A stretch of 64,000 nucleotides of DNA from Eledone cirrhosa (lineage: Eukaryota): the NCBI GenBank assembly GCA_964016885.1, contig OZ024740.1:234422001-234486000 (forward strand), given 5' to 3'. The translations under genes and the position numbers were made by a program. Positions 1-14,735 of the stretch are shown here, one piece after another. The notes beneath the pieces are model-generated. The model was not told the origin of the DNA. It worked only from the letters and a program-made list of their open reading frames with translations, and did not search any database. Positions within the stretch are counted from its first letter, which is position 1, and every line of letters begins with the position of its first letter.

Positions 1-196
1 ACATATAACACAAAACATACAGATCAGCACATGTTATACCACCTATACCTGCACAAATACACAAACGCGTGTAGACATACAAACGAATTTACAAAGGTGA
101 TGTTGTCTAAATTTCACTGAAAGTGTCTTGTTACTATATTAGAAACTGGTTCTCTCTTTATTGGTGAAAATCTGTAAAATAATAAAACCAGAAGAA
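1..196 (+). mobile_element. 3' UTR/terminus of an R4/Dong-like non-LTR retrotransposon
   Basis: Matches 1545-1642 (gatgttgt..tagaaac..ctctct..attggt..aaaaccagaagaa), which follows an RLE domain, and also ends in CATA. Confidence 0.6.
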
Positions 197-204
197 CATA
201 CACA

Positions 205-790
205 TGAGGTCGGTGTGACAGCTAGAATGATCAGGAATGCATTGCGGAAAATAGAAAATTATATGAAATTGAGAGGAATATATTGAAACTGATAACCCAA
301 AGGAATACTGGTGTAACCTAAAAAACCACCACCAAATTAAAGCACAAGAGGCTTGATATTATTGTTTGGGACCTAAAATTAAAAGCATGCTCTGTTGTCA
401 GCTGCCCACATGATGTCAATGTGGTAAGGAATATGCTAGAGAATGAGGATATCTACGGACCAATGGTGAGGTGCTTGCAATTCTAGTATCAAAGATACAC
501 GTTCAGCTTCAAACCGCTCATTGTTGGAGTTACAGGTTATATAGCAACTTACCTGGAGCAAAGTACAACTGGACTTTGCTTTTTGAAGAAATAACGTAGC
601 TCCTTAATTCACAAGCTACAAATGATCATAATATCTGGAACCTTCAAAATCTGTAAAACATTCTTACAATTCAAAGGATGAAGGCTTACACAGAAGACGA
701 TGAAAATTTCAATTTCTTCACAAACTTGCCACCGGGAAAGTGAGCTGTCGAATATAAATTCAAAATTAGAGAAAGAATATACATACATGC
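205..790 (+). pseudogene. Degraded restriction-like endonuclease (RLE) C-terminus of an R4/Dong-like element
   Basis: Interrupted translation KHKRLDIIVWD..SCPHDVNV..IYGPMV..FKPLIVGVTGY..ISGTFKICKTF, paralogous to 1178-1435. Confidence 0.65.
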
Positions 791-1177
791 ATGATGGCTG
801 ACCCCTCGTTATCGAGTATGGCCATTGCACGATATAACATTATTAATAATTATTAATTAATGCTACCGTGCAATACCTCTGCGTGAAGATTTTTTTAATG
901 TGGAGAAAGACTGCACTGAACCAATCCCACTCTCTGAGCGACAGTAGCTATAACCCGAAAGAAGAAAAGTTTAACATCATCGGTTACTACTGAACCACAT
1001 GTTTTATGTCGGAGTCATCCCAGTTTCATGGAATACATGCAATCATACATACCTGCATACATACATGCATACATACATTCATGCATATATACATGCTTAC
1101 ACATACATACATACATACATACATACATACATACATACATACATACATACATACATACATACATACATACATACATA

Positions 1178-1642
1178 ATATCAAAGATTAGTGAAAAGGA
1201 GAATATTTATGCAGAACTGATGAGAAATCTACAGATACTCCACCCTGATTACACCTTCAGATTTATGCCTGTGATTATTGGGGTACTGGGGTATGTCAGT
1301 AACTGCCTCAATACAAATCTTGAGAAGCTAGGCTTCACAGGAACAGAAAGAACGCAACTAGTTAGGAAATTACAAGTACAATCCATTAATGGAACAGTAA
1401 AAATATGTAAAACATTCCAACAATTTTGCATCTAATAACTGCATATACACATGCACACATACAACTCAAAACATACACATCCACACATACAATAACATCC
1501 ATATCTACACATGCAGATATGCAGACATACATATCTACCTAGTTGATGTTGTGTAAATTCCAATGAGAGAGTCTTGTGTCTATGTTAGAAACCGACTCTC
1601 TCTCTATTGGTAAAACTTTATGAAATTATAAAACCAGAAGAA
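1178..1642 (+). mobile_element. 5'-truncated R4/Dong-like element (RLE end + 3' UTR) within a (CATA)n tract
   Basis: KISEKENIYAELMRNLQILHPDYTFRFMPVIIGVLGY..GTVKICKTF; (CATA)n on both flanks. Confidence 0.75.
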
Positions 1643-2099
1643 CATACATACATACATACATACATACATACATACATACATACATACATGCATACATATA
1701 GATGTGTGTGTGTGTGTATTAGTGTGCATATGTATGTTTGTGTATGATGTATACGTGTATATACGCACGTTTATCAATCGATCTTAGTCTATGTTTATCT
1801 GTCTGTCAGTCTGTTCGTCTATGTCTGCCTTCCCATAATCACAAGAGGCTTTAAATATCAGTTTATACTTCCGCCCTAACAGATTTTCCCCCTATCATCT
1901 CCGCTCCCTCCTCCTCCTATAGTACTGCCATAGAGGTCGCCACATGTAGAATAGTTATAAGGTCACTAAGTATCCCCTTCAGTAACAATCTACCGACATC
2001 CACGATTAGCAGCTTCCTTCTTATTATCTGCCTCCTCCTCTTCCCCTTCTCCTCCTCCTCTTCCTCTTCCGCCTACACCTTCTCCTCCTTCTCCTCTTC

Positions 2100-2145
<46 letters not shown>

Positions 2146-2224
2146 CACACGTCTTGCTTTTTCTTTTTCTTCTACTTCTTTATCACCTATTTTAGTCTGT
2201 CTGGGTATATTTATTTTTGGGTAT

Positions 2225-2265
<41 letters not shown>

Positions 2266-2359
2266 TACACACACCCCAACACATATATTTGCATGTACGT
2301 ATGTGTACATATACAACATACATCAATTATACATGTTTACATATATATATATATAAATA

Positions 2360-2670
2360 TATTTCGTTTCTGAATTTGTTTAGCAAGACTGAGCACACAA
2401 CACACACACAGAAACAAGATGGCGTAGGACAGAACAAAGGAGAGGCACAAAAACAAAGAAAAGAATCCCCAGTCACTGAAGAGGTCACAGAATGTGTGAC
2501 GAAAGAACTTTGACAATATATAAACAACCATCCGGTTGTGGAACCAACCAAACAACCGGAAATTTATAAATTCCTAAATTTATAAATTTATTATAATAAA
2601 TTGAAGTGAAAGCAACTGGTGCGTGTGTTTCTTATTGGCAACATGACCCTCCCAAAGTATAACAATATAT
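2360..2670 (+). mobile_element. Non-coding PLE terminal fragment (family of the 62.2-64.0 kb element) with an inverted 5' piece, between TA-rich tracts
   Basis: 2386-2668 is the reverse complement of about 62217-62490; 2360-2385 equals 62187-62212 in the same orientation. Confidence 0.85.
2472..2514 (+). ncRNA. Minimal type I hammerhead ribozyme motif
   Basis: GTCA-CTGAAGA-G-GTCACA gaatg TGTGAC-GAAAG aa CTT-TGAC; stems I and II pair. Confidence 0.75.
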
Positions 2671-3397
2671 AAATATATATATATATTCATAGAATAATGG
2701 GAAGAACTCAACGCAAGGAAGCTGTTAAACAGCAAAATGCTGTCAATGACGGCGTCGGGTGAAATTTACCTCAAAGGGTAGAAATCAGTGACTAGAAGTG
2801 TGGTGGTCCACAGAAGTGATAAGAAGGAAGAAAGGAGAAGAGGAAGAAAAATGGAAGAGAGAAGATCACACGCACACACACATTTAAATACTCTGATCAG
2901 CTTTTAGACCACCTGTGGTTTCGACAATTTAAATAAATAAATAAATATATTAGCTCCTTGAATTTGTAGAGCTACTTTAAATGTCGAGTGAACCTGGCTG
3001 CTATTTTTAGTAGCATACGTTTTACGAGACACGCTAGGCTCTGGATGACATGTGCGTTGTTTTAAAAACGCGCCTCATTCAGTCTTCTGAGATACTTAGA
3101 AGTGAAATGTTTACTAATTTGACACCCACTGAAGAGCAATAGAATTGGTAATTCCATTTCACTTAATTGCGAAACAGCATTGCCAAAAGCTGTCTGGATG
3201 TACAAGTTGATGGTTATCACAGTTTGTATTTTTTCTTAATTTATTCTTTTAAATTGAGTCTGGCAACCCGCATTGTTCATAGTTAGTATTTTTTTCACCC
3301 TAGCGAATCTGGTCCCTTACGATTTGAACACATATATGTATATATCTGGGTTTATCTCTCTTTTATAATCAATTTTATATATATATATATATATATA

Positions 3398-3810
3398 TGC
3401 AAAGGTTTTATTTACAATGTTGGGTTACAACGAGTAAATATTTTATAACTGATATAAAAGCACTCAACAAGTTTTGGAGTATTTTACGATATTAAACAAA
3501 TGGAAATTACATTTATAAAACCATATTTATTTCATTATATATATTTCAGGGATATCATATTAAAAATATGGTATGCCCTCTTCAGACAAAATACAATATA
3601 TAGACAGTTTTATAAATAAATTTGACATACCTTAGAGTTTACAACTTCCATTTAAAAAGTTGTTACGGTATGTCAAATTTATTTATAAAACTGTCTATAT
3701 ATTGTATTTTGTCTGAAGAGGGCATACCATATTTTTAATATGATATCCCTGAAATATATATAATGAAATAAATATGGTTTTATAAATGTAATTTCCATTT
3801 GTTTAATATC

Positions 3811-3812
<2 letters not shown>
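3398..3812. mobile_element. Fold-back PLE-derived cassette between (TA)n tracts
   Basis: Inverted arms 3486-3631/3667-3812; extra ~88 nt tail on the left arm; HHR in both arms. Confidence 0.85.
3705..3770 (+). ncRNA. Type I hammerhead ribozyme motif (mirror copy on - strand at about 3528-3593)
   Basis: TTTTGT-CTGAAGA-GGGCATACCATATT ttt AATATGATATCCCT-GAAAT atat ATA-ATGAAA. Confidence 0.8.
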
Positions 3813-4629
<817 letters not shown>

Positions 4630-4859
4630 GTATTTCCCGGAGCCGAAGACGCTTCGTCCTCGAGGACGTACCTTAATTTTGACAACCAACAATTTAAAAA
4701 AAATAATAAACCTTCGGAGTGAGAGAATAGCATTATTCGCTTTTTGTAGGCTATTACACGTTTTTGTAAACTGAATGTGCGTAACAAAGGGGATGAAACA
4801 AACTCCAATTGGTTGTGCTCAACGTGGTCGATAGATTTGTGTAACAAAAATATTTTGAT

Positions 4860-5164
4860 GGTACGGGATCCAACACTAAGTATGGTACATAGGTTATAAG
4901 GAGTATTACATGGAGTAATATATTATAAAGAGGATATCAGAAGAACATTAATAATACAATAGAGTTTCTAACAAGTTTCAATATAGTTATGTAATCGCCT
5001 CCGAAATCTGAATTATTACGTAATCCACTGTCTCGGATGATGTAATAATTCAGGTTTTGTAAGTAATTACATAATTGTATTGAACCATGTGTTAGAAACT
5101 ATTGTATAATAAATGTTTCTTCGAACTTCAACAAATGTTGCCTATTTTTTTCTCTTATCCTGTT

Positions 5165-5165
<1 letters not shown>
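4860..5165. mobile_element. Older, diverged fold-back cassette with a decayed HHR
   Basis: Imperfect arms about 4930-5025/5035-5135; TCT-CGGATGA..GAACC..GTT-AGA starting at 5031. Confidence 0.5.
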
Positions 5166-5216
<51 letters not shown>

Positions 5217-5268
5217 TTATGCATATGTATATATATACGGATGTATATGCATATTTATGGATGTGTAA

Positions 5269-5331
<63 letters not shown>

Positions 5332-5332
<1 letters not shown>

Positions 5333-8300
5333 CAAAGGTAGAACTATACATTCAATGCTCGTAGGAAAGTAGACAATTATATATGATAGTATGTAATTGC
5401 CACTTCTTTTTAAGATTAAATATTGAGAAATATACTGGCCCATACAAACCTTTGACACCTAAGTTTACGCTAAAGGATCATAAATCCCACTTCTATGAAA
5501 CCCCATCTATTAGATTAATCAGCATCTCTACCTCCGATAAAGGTAAGATTAGCAAAAAGTATTAGATGAAATTTTACCCAATTTAAAAAACATAATTAAC
5601 CTTAATCTTTGGGACAACACAGATGAGGTTATAAAAGGGTTTTAAAATATTGAAACTGGAGATAAACTTACGTTCATCCAATTCAACATAGATACTATTA
5701 CACCCCCATCTTCATAAAAAAGAAATATACATTATGCTTACAGCTAGTCGGACAATAGTTGGGTTCGATAGTTACTTGTGGACTAGAGCCAACCAGCCCA
5801 ACAACTTTGATATAATTATGGGGTCCAGTAATGCTGCGCATGGTTGGCGCATACATAGACTTAAAGAGGAAATTCCTACCCAACAGTATGGTTTATATAG
5901 AGACGACGCTCTATTCATCGTAAAGAACTATAACCCACGCAGGATAGAAAATAGGTTCTTCAAAAATTGTGGACTCCTCACTATAACTATTGAATCTAAC
6001 CATAAGGTGGTGACTTTTTGGGACGCTACATTTGAACTGATACTAGGTTATATGGCCCTTACATTCCTATCGAATGTAAATCGACTATCCAGCAAGCCTA
6101 GGTCTATTATCCCATAGAATCTCTAAGCTATCGGCTAATGAAGATATATTCAGCGCCACTACGTGTTATTACAATGATGTATTGTCTAAATCCGGGTATA
6201 GCAGTAAGGTTGCTTATATCCTAAATAGTGATTCTTCACACTTCTTTAATAATACTAATATCATTAAACACAATAGTAAACTTAGCAATAATAATTTTAA
6301 GATGGGTAGTAAAAGTATAGGTAAAAATAAGAAAATCAATAAGCCTGCAACTATAATAAACTCATTAAAAGCCCCTGAATCTATATCTAAAAGTAAAGTG
6401 AAAAGCCTCTAATGTATACCCTCAAAATATTAGAAATAACTATGAAGGCTTGCTTCCCACACCTAACAGGAAGGTTTGCATACATATAAATAACAATCCT
6501 AAATATCAAGTTAAACCAACTAAATGTAACCTAGAAGAGTTACATGATAAACAATAACTGCCCAATACAAATTCCCCAGAATAAGAATGGTGGTAGTTCC
6601 ACTAGAAAAGCTAACACGCGCAGACGAGACATGTCAGGGTTTAACCCAACCTACAATCTCAATGTGACTTCTAATATACCTAAAATATTATTTGATATTT
6701 TAGATTGTAATTTCCCACCCGCCCATAAATACTATAACTTAGTAAATAAAAATACAGTTAAGTTATATTTTTCTACCACCCCTAACTTTGCCGATTATAA
6801 AGCATTCAGTAACCACCAAAAACTTTCCAAACATAAATCCTCTACAAACATCATTGATTCATTACAACATAATCTTTTGCATACCAACCCCACTAACATA
6901 GGTAATGCTTCAAATGTAAGTACACTGAACCGACATAGGGACAGCAGTTGGAATACCTTAAACCCTCCACAAAGCTCAACTTCCTCTAACATAAAATATA
7001 ACAGTAGAGCTCCCACTAATTGTCATTGTCCTTTAATGGACAATGCCGAACAAATAATGTAGTATATAAATGTACTGTAAGAATACAACACTCTGTTAGT
7101 TCCTATATCGGAACCACAGCTACTGTATTTAAGATCCGCTACAATTCCCACTTACACTCTTTTAAAAACAATAAGCTTAAACGCACTACTTCCTTAGCAC
7201 GGTATACAATTAATCTAATTGAATCTAAAACTAGCTATAAACTCCAACAGGAAATTCTAGATAAATCTCCTCTCAGTAACGACAATAGGACGACTTGTCG
7301 ATTATGTCTCTCGGTTGCGTATTTTATTCTTTGAATACTAGGAACGAATTAGTTATGAATTGTCCACATCGCCTCTCTTATTCATTCTTCAATAGGGTAT
7401 ATGATCCCAATTAGTGGTTCATCTGGTCCCCTTATCTTATTCTTTCATTTTCTGAATTTAGCTTTTACTGTATCTATTTATATTTATAGGTAAGTTATCT
7501 GGTGTGTATAATTGAGGATACATGTATATGCGTTTATCTTAGAAAGTGTATCTGTATCCCTATGTATGAGGGAATATATGTGTTAGTGTAGGTATATATA
7601 TATGAGCGTGAAAACATAAATGTATATATATATATATATACATATGTATATGTGTATATGTATATATGTATATATGTATATATGTATATGTTATATATGT
7701 ATGTGTATATATATGAATCTGGATATTGGAAGGTGTATGCGGCACTCTTATATGTAACACCTTGAGTATATTCGAAACCCTTGGATATCTCTATAAACGA
7801 GGATTCTATATACAGGTACAGTTGGCCAGTGGCTACAGGTCCACTATTATTAATGTATTTTTGTAGATAACTATTACTTGTTTGCATATTTTCTCTGTGT
7901 GTAAATCGGCCGGATTCTAAGTCAAATAGGCAGATGTGCACTATCAGCTCTGTTGTGCATTATCATGAATCAGAGTGTAAGCTTATGTGTATGGGTGTGA
8001 ATATATGGATGATAACATTCCTGTGCGGGTACAGCAGTCTCTTTGTATATAAGTAAATATGTATATATGCATTTGGGAAGAGGTACATTTTTTCTGTGAA
8101 TTTATATTCTTACAATTAGCCCTAATACAGTTAACATCACAGTAGATCTAAGTGGGTTTATCTACAGTGGTATATATTTTGATGTGTGCAGACATATTCT
8201 CGATGTATGAATCTATAGAGGCATGGATGAATATATACATGAAGCTTTGTTTATATTCTAGCTGTGTGGGGCATATGTATGTATATGTGGGTGGATATAA

Positions 8301-8560
8301 ATTTAGGTTTAGATCCTCATGTGAACATATAAATATATATAGATAGGTATCTATGAAATCTATATGCACCTGTGAGTATATAGGTGTATATGTATGTGTA
8401 TTAAAATATACACCTCTATGTGTGTGTGAATATATGTATTTCTGTGTGTATGCGAGTATATGTATTTCTGTGTGTATGTGAATGTGTCCATTTATATACG
8501 TTTTTATTAGGTGATAAATGCTATTCATTTTAAATTGGTTTACTAAATCCCCAGCGTAAA
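5332..8560 (+). mobile_element. Degraded Penelope-like element (RT + GIY-YIG + long 3' region)
   Basis: TLKDHK..PSIRLI..GKISK, MGSSNAA, GLYRDDAL, FNPTYN..HKYYNLVNKNTVKLYFSTTPN, CHCP, VVYKC..YIGTT..CRLC; many frameshifts; 3' limit approximate. Confidence 0.85.
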
Positions 8561-9002
8561 AAATTGAGAGGGTTAATTTCATAAATTATTTCCTTTTACT
8601 AGAAGTAAAATAAGGTTTCGTTTTATTTTAATAACATTTTTTATCTAATTTTATCTCTTTAAAGTTAGTAAAATATCCACGCAGAAAAACTGTTAAATTG
8701 TTAATATTTACAACGTACAAATGATGTATGTCGTAGGTTCATCATTCGTGCCAAAGGTAGAATTGTTTTTTCACTCCAATTCCCACTCATCTTGAAACTT
8801 ATCGCTCCTCCGAAAAGAAGGAATGTACAATCATGGCTATATAGCTACGCCTATATATGGACACATATTATGGAGAATGTTTCATAACATTTCAAATAAA
8901 TGGATTACAACTCCTTTGAAACATGTATAAGGAAATAAATGTAGTTTTTTAAATGATAGAAGTTTATTTTTCCATCGATATTTTTAAAAATATATATATT
9001 GA

Positions 9003-10233
9003 TTCTTAACAGGATCCAGCCCGAGATGGATAAGAAAGTCAGGGACAACCAGAACGGCTTTCAGAGAGGGAAGATCAACCACCAGTCACATCCAGATGCT
9101 GAGGAGGATATTAGAGGGAGCTAGAGCAAAGTGCCTTCATGCGGTCATGATTTTCATTGACTTTAGGAAGGCCCTTGATTCTATGGACCGTCACTGCCTG
9201 ATGATGATCTTACAGGCTTATGGAATCCCCAAGAAGCTAGTGGACCTGATATCACTGCTCTACACCAACACCAAAACCCAAGTCATTACACCTGATCGGA
9301 TGACAGAGTTCTTTGATACTGGCTGGAGTGCTCCAGGGAGATACATTGGCTCCCTACTTTTTTATCATCGCAGTGGACTATTGTATGCGCCATACGCTGG
9401 AGAAACACCAGGACTCTGGCTTTACTGTAACACCGGCTCAGAGCAGGAGAATTAAGGCAAAAAAGATATCGGATGCTGAATTTGCCGACGACATAGTTTT
9501 GGTGACAAATACAGTGAAGGAGGCAGAGGATTTGATGCAGGAGGTGGAGACTGTGTCGATGAGTGTGGGGCTTAGAATGAATGAGATTAAGACAAAATAT
9601 CTGGTAGAGAATATTAAGAAGCTGGAGAAGATTACTGATGTAGGCGGGAAGCCGCTAGAATTGGTTGAGGACTTCCTGTATTTGGGAGCAAAGATTGGGA
9701 ATACGGAGGATGATGTGGTCGAGAGGAAGAGCAAAGCCTGGGCGGCGTGCCACAGTTTGAGATCGGTGTGGAAGTCGGACCTTGGTAAAAACCTGAAGAT
9801 CCGCCTCTTCGTTGCTGTAGTGGAGTCTGTGCGGCTGTACGGGTCTGAGACTTGAACACTGAGCAAGAAACTCACTCAGATGGTGGATGGGTGCTACACG
9901 AGAATGCTGAGGATGGCTCTGAACATTAATCAGTGTACACTGAGGATGAAGAACTCAGAGCTGTACGGGAGCCTCCCAAAAGTCAGCTCAAAAGTGACAG
10001 AGAGGAGATTGAGATTCGCTGGACATGCTCACCGACATCCAGAGTTTACACTGCACTCAGTGCTCCTGTGGAAGCTCCTGCATGGACACACTGGAAGAGG
10101 AAGACTGAAGTTAACATATGTTGATGCCCTAAGAACAGACATTGGTCTATTGGAGACGCAGGACATGGCAGCAATAATGAGGGACAAAGACCACTGGAGA
10201 GAACTCGTCCATGGATCTCAGCAATTTTACCCG

Positions 10234-10237
<4 letters not shown>
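9003..10237 (+). mobile_element. RTE-clade LINE, RT domain to 3' end (frameshifted)
   Basis: FIDFRKALDS, GVLQGDTLAP, EFADDI, LYGSET, RRLRFAGH. Confidence 0.9.
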
Positions 10238-10285
<48 letters not shown>

Positions 10286-10289
10286 AGGA

Positions 10290-10545
10290 GATGAGTTTTA
10301 TTGTAGTACAATAAAGCAATGCAATGCAGATATCGGATAAGAAGCACTCTACAGTTTGTAGGACTGGAGTATACATAATATATAAGAACAAAAGATGGTT
10401 AAAGGAGTTCCATGTATTTTATTATGCGCATTTCAAAAACAAACATCATCATGCAATAATATTTGTTTTCATCAGATAAAATGGGAAGACATGATATGAA
10501 GGGTAAAAAACACTTGTGGATAGTTCAGTTTTAAACTCACACTAA
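10290..10545 (-). mobile_element. PLE terminal fragment of the 3870-4532 family, with HHR at about 10416-10482
   Basis: Reverse-complement similarity to 4285-4530, including ATTTTAT-CTGATGA..GAAAT gcgc ATA-ATAAAAT. Confidence 0.8.
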
Positions 10546-10549
10546 GAGT

Positions 10550-11068
10550 ATTGCAATCGATTGTCAGATTCAGATGTGCGACGCTCGGATATGGCTTTTC
10601 AAGCCTGTTAGAGACCTGCACTCCTTCGCACATTAACGACAACTATGGATCTCCCTGGCCTTAGGTCTTGCGTCAGGTTGTCTGTGAACCTTCACAATAC
10701 CGTGTTCATTGGTTCTCTCTGAACATGGCTGCGAATGTGGCTCCTGAGACCAGCTTTGCTGAAGCAAATCTTTCCACACTCAGAGAACACAAATTCAATC
10801 GTTTCGAGAGATTCGCCAGGGCATTGCTTACGCACATCCCGTTTGATCATCTTGTGCTCTATGCGTTTGTCCTCATTCACCATTCCACTCCAAGTTTCTC
10901 TTTCAAGAGCTTCAATCTCCCAGTCAGCCACCATCAAACCAGTTTTTTTTTTTCAATGAGTCCTTTACACAATCTTTGAATCGGTCTTTGGCTTGTGAGG
11001 TGGTCTCTTACCTTTACAAAGCTTGCCATACAAAAGTTGTTTCGGGATTCAATCGTCTTCCATTCTCT
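10550..11068 (-). mobile_element. RTE-clade LINE 3' end with C2H2 zinc finger
   Basis: [39 protein letters not shown]. Confidence 0.75.
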
Positions 11069-11108
11069 ATGCATACATACATATATACATACACACATGC
11101 ATATACAC

Positions 11109-11196
<88 letters not shown>

Positions 11197-11511
11197 TATA
11201 TATATACACACATATATATATATATATATATACACATATATATATATATACACACACATATATATATATATATTATTTTTAATTATCGTGTCTATAGTCT
11301 GCCTTTCATAGGTTATAGATTCCATACACTGGTGGTTTTTTTCCCTGTATTATTGATAACGCACTATATATCTCTCTCTGGTGTGTTACCTTCTCAACAT
11401 ATTATATTTTAAAGGGCTCAGGATCTCTTCCCCTTTGAGCACATTATTTACAGGGAATAACGACGGCCTATGCCTCCGTTAATTTATCGTGATATATATA
11501 TATATATATAT

Positions 11512-11680
11512 AGTTATATTGTTATACTTGGGGAGGATAATATTGTTATAATATTGCCAGAAATAATAACAGAACACACTCACTGTTTGGTTTGGGCTGG
11601 GCTTCTGTATCGTTTATATCTCCATAGTTAATTTATTTGGCAATCAATGTTTATCATTGACCCGCGGTTAAAAATACAGT
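11512..11680 (-). mobile_element. PLE terminal tail fragment homologous to 52490-52655
   Basis: Reverse-complement match including CCTCCCCAAGTATAACAATAT; abuts (TA)n. Confidence 0.65.
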
Positions 11681-11729
11681 GTGTGTGTCTATGTGTGTGT
11701 CTATATGTGTATACAAACATATATATATA

Positions 11730-11807
<78 letters not shown>

Positions 11808-11812
<5 letters not shown>

Positions 11813-11925
11813 CCTCATACCTCTACTTGCATATGCATGTGTGATACAGATAGACAGGCAGACAGACAGAACCCCCCATACCACACACCTATATATACAT
11901 ATACTTGTATCTATAAATGTAAGTA

Positions 11926-12014
<89 letters not shown>

Positions 12015-12257
12015 CGAAGGAAATGTGGTAAGGAACCAAGTGGACCATAACGCACCAAAGTACTCAATACTTAGGGTAGTAGAGTGGGTAATAGGAACGA
12101 GTAGGACTAAAATGATTTTAGTCCAGAATTAGCCGTCGAAACGGCTTGAGCTCAGCCGTCGGGGTCCTACTCGTTCCTATTACCCACTCTACTACCCTAA
12201 GTATTGAGTACTTTGGTGCGTTATGGTCCACTTGGTTCCTTACCACATTTCCTTCGT

Positions 12258-12291
<34 letters not shown>

Positions 12292-12430
12292 TACTTACAT
12301 TTATAGATACAAGTATATGTATATATAGGTGTGTGGTATGGGGGAGGGGGTTATGTCTGTCTGTCTGTCTGTCTGTTTGCCTGTCTATCTGTATCACACA
12401 TGCATATGCAAGTACAGGTATGAGGAAATA
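11808..12430. repeat. Nested palindrome: outer arms 11808-11946/12278-12430 around inner fold-back cassette 12012-12259
   Basis: Direct reverse-complement identity; inner arms 12012-12107/12164-12259. Confidence 0.9.
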
Positions 12431-13074
12431 TTTTGCTGAGATTTCCCACGAAACTAGCCAGGCAAGCTTGAATTTCAACCTAGCTAATCACAAACTCGCG
12501 ATAAGAAACGTGATACTTGCATTTATGAGTTGGGTGTTGTCAATATCAAAGATAGCCACGAATTAAACCTTTCTCATCTACTTCACTTTCTTTTATCATG
12601 AAATGGTAATTTTCATTTGTTTTGCAGTTCACCATTTGTTCTCGATTCTGTTGTATTTACTTAATTATTATAAATAGGCAAACGATAGTAAATATATATG
12701 GTATTTCGTGTGTAGGTTGTTTATGTGAGTGTGATGTGGTGAATGAGTATGTATGTATGTTTATATGTATGTATATATGTATGAATATATGTGTGTATGT
12801 ATGTATGAATGTATGTATGTATGCATGCATGTATGTACGAACGTATGTATGCATGCATGCATGTATGTATGTATACATATACGAACGAATGTATGTATGC
12901 ATGTATGTATGTATTTATGTATGCATGGTTGTATGTATGTATGCATGTATGTATGTATTTATGTATACATGGTTGTATGTATGTATGCATGTATGTATGT
13001 ATTTATGTATACATGATTGTATGTATGTATGTTTGTATGCAGGTATGAATGTATGTATTATGTATGTTTGTATG

Positions 13075-13138
13075 TATGTGTGCAAGCATGTTATGAATGT
13101 ATGTGTTTATGAATGTATGTATGTATGTGTATATGTAA

Positions 13139-13222
<84 letters not shown>

Positions 13223-13355
13223 AAGTATATATGTATATGTATGTATATATGTATGTATGTATATATGTAAGTATATATATATATGTGTGTGTATGTGTGC
13301 AAGCATGTTATGAATGTATGTATTTATGAATGTATGTATGTATGTGTATATGTAA

Positions 13356-13411
<56 letters not shown>

Positions 13412-13551
13412 ATATGTAAGTATATATGTATATGTATGTATATATGTATGTATGTATATATGTAAGTATATATATATATGTGTGTGTATGTGTGCAAGCA
13501 TGTTATGAATGTATGTATTTATGAATGTATGTATGTATGTGTATATGTAAG

Positions 13552-13592
<41 letters not shown>

Positions 13593-13732
13593 ATATGTAA
13601 GTATATATGTATATGTATGTATATATGTATGTATGTATATATGTAAGTATATATATATATGTGTGTGTATGTGTGCAAGCATGTTATGAATGTATGTATT
13701 TATGAATGTATGTATGTATGTGTATATGTAAG

Positions 13733-13793
<61 letters not shown>

Positions 13794-13941
13794 GTGTATA
13801 TATGTAAGTATATGTATATGTATGTATATATGTATGTATGTATATATGTAAGTAAATATATATATATATGTGTGTGTATGTGTGCAAGCATGTTATGAAT
13901 GTATGTGTTTATGAATGTATGTATGTATGTGTATATGTAAG

Positions 13942-14003
<62 letters not shown>

Positions 14004-14075
14004 CGTGTGTGTGTGTGTGTGTATGTATGTGTGTATATATGTAAGTATATGTATATGTATGTATATATGTATGTA
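13075..14075. repeat. Compound minisatellite (~190 bp unit built from TA/TG/TATG tracts); further partial units at 14415-14820
   Basis: Recurring anchor GTGCAAGCATGTTATGAATG. Confidence 0.85.
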
Positions 14076-14412
14076 ATGAAAAATTGAACAGGGACAGAAC
14101 AGAGAGGCAGTACAATAAATGTTTATTAAATTCACGCTCAGGAGAGTGGGGGGTAGGTGGAGGACGACGTTTCGGGCATAAGCCCTTCTTCAGGTGAGAA
14201 GTGTGTGGGAACAGAGTTCAAAAGGTGTGTAGGGGAGTGGTGGAGAGACATATAACGAAAGGGAACGGTGCGAATGAAAAATTAACAAATAAAGACAAAA
14301 AATATAATAAATAAAAATAAAGCATGATCAAAATACAAGGAATGAGAAAATTTAAAAATAAAGCATGATCAAAATAAACTGAAATTAAAAGGGGGGTAAA
14401 CAGGTGGTGGAA
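14076..14412 (-). mobile_element. PLE 3' end with minimal HHR (14166-14193) interrupting the minisatellite
   Basis: Minus strand CTGAAGAAGGGC ttat GCCC GAAAC GTC; terminus homologous to 59493-59575. Confidence 0.7.
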
Positions 14413-14544
14413 GTATGTATGTATATATGTAAGTATATATATATATGTGTGTGTATGTGTGCAAGCATGTTATGAATGTATGTATTTATGAATGTATGTA
14501 TGTATGTGTATATGTAAGTATATATATATATATATATATATATA

Positions 14545-14673
14545 CGATATTAAATAAATGTTTAAGTTTCCATTTATTTAATATCGTAAATATACTCCAA
14601 ATACTTGTTGAGTGCTTTTATATCAGTTATAAATATTTACTCGTTGTAACCCAACAATTTAAATAAAACTTTG
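14545..14673 (+). mobile_element. Tail fragment of the 3398-3812 family, between (TA)n tracts
   Basis: Reverse complement of 3398-3505 (ttgttgagtgcttttatatcagttataaa) with a short inverted start. Confidence 0.7.
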
Positions 14674-14674
14674 C

Positions 14675-14735
<61 letters not shown>

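Noticed and set aside
13075-14530. Regularly spaced constant motif resembling a CRISPR repeat
   Set aside because: Spacers are homologous microsatellite mixtures, the context is eukaryotic and no cas genes are present; it is a minisatellite
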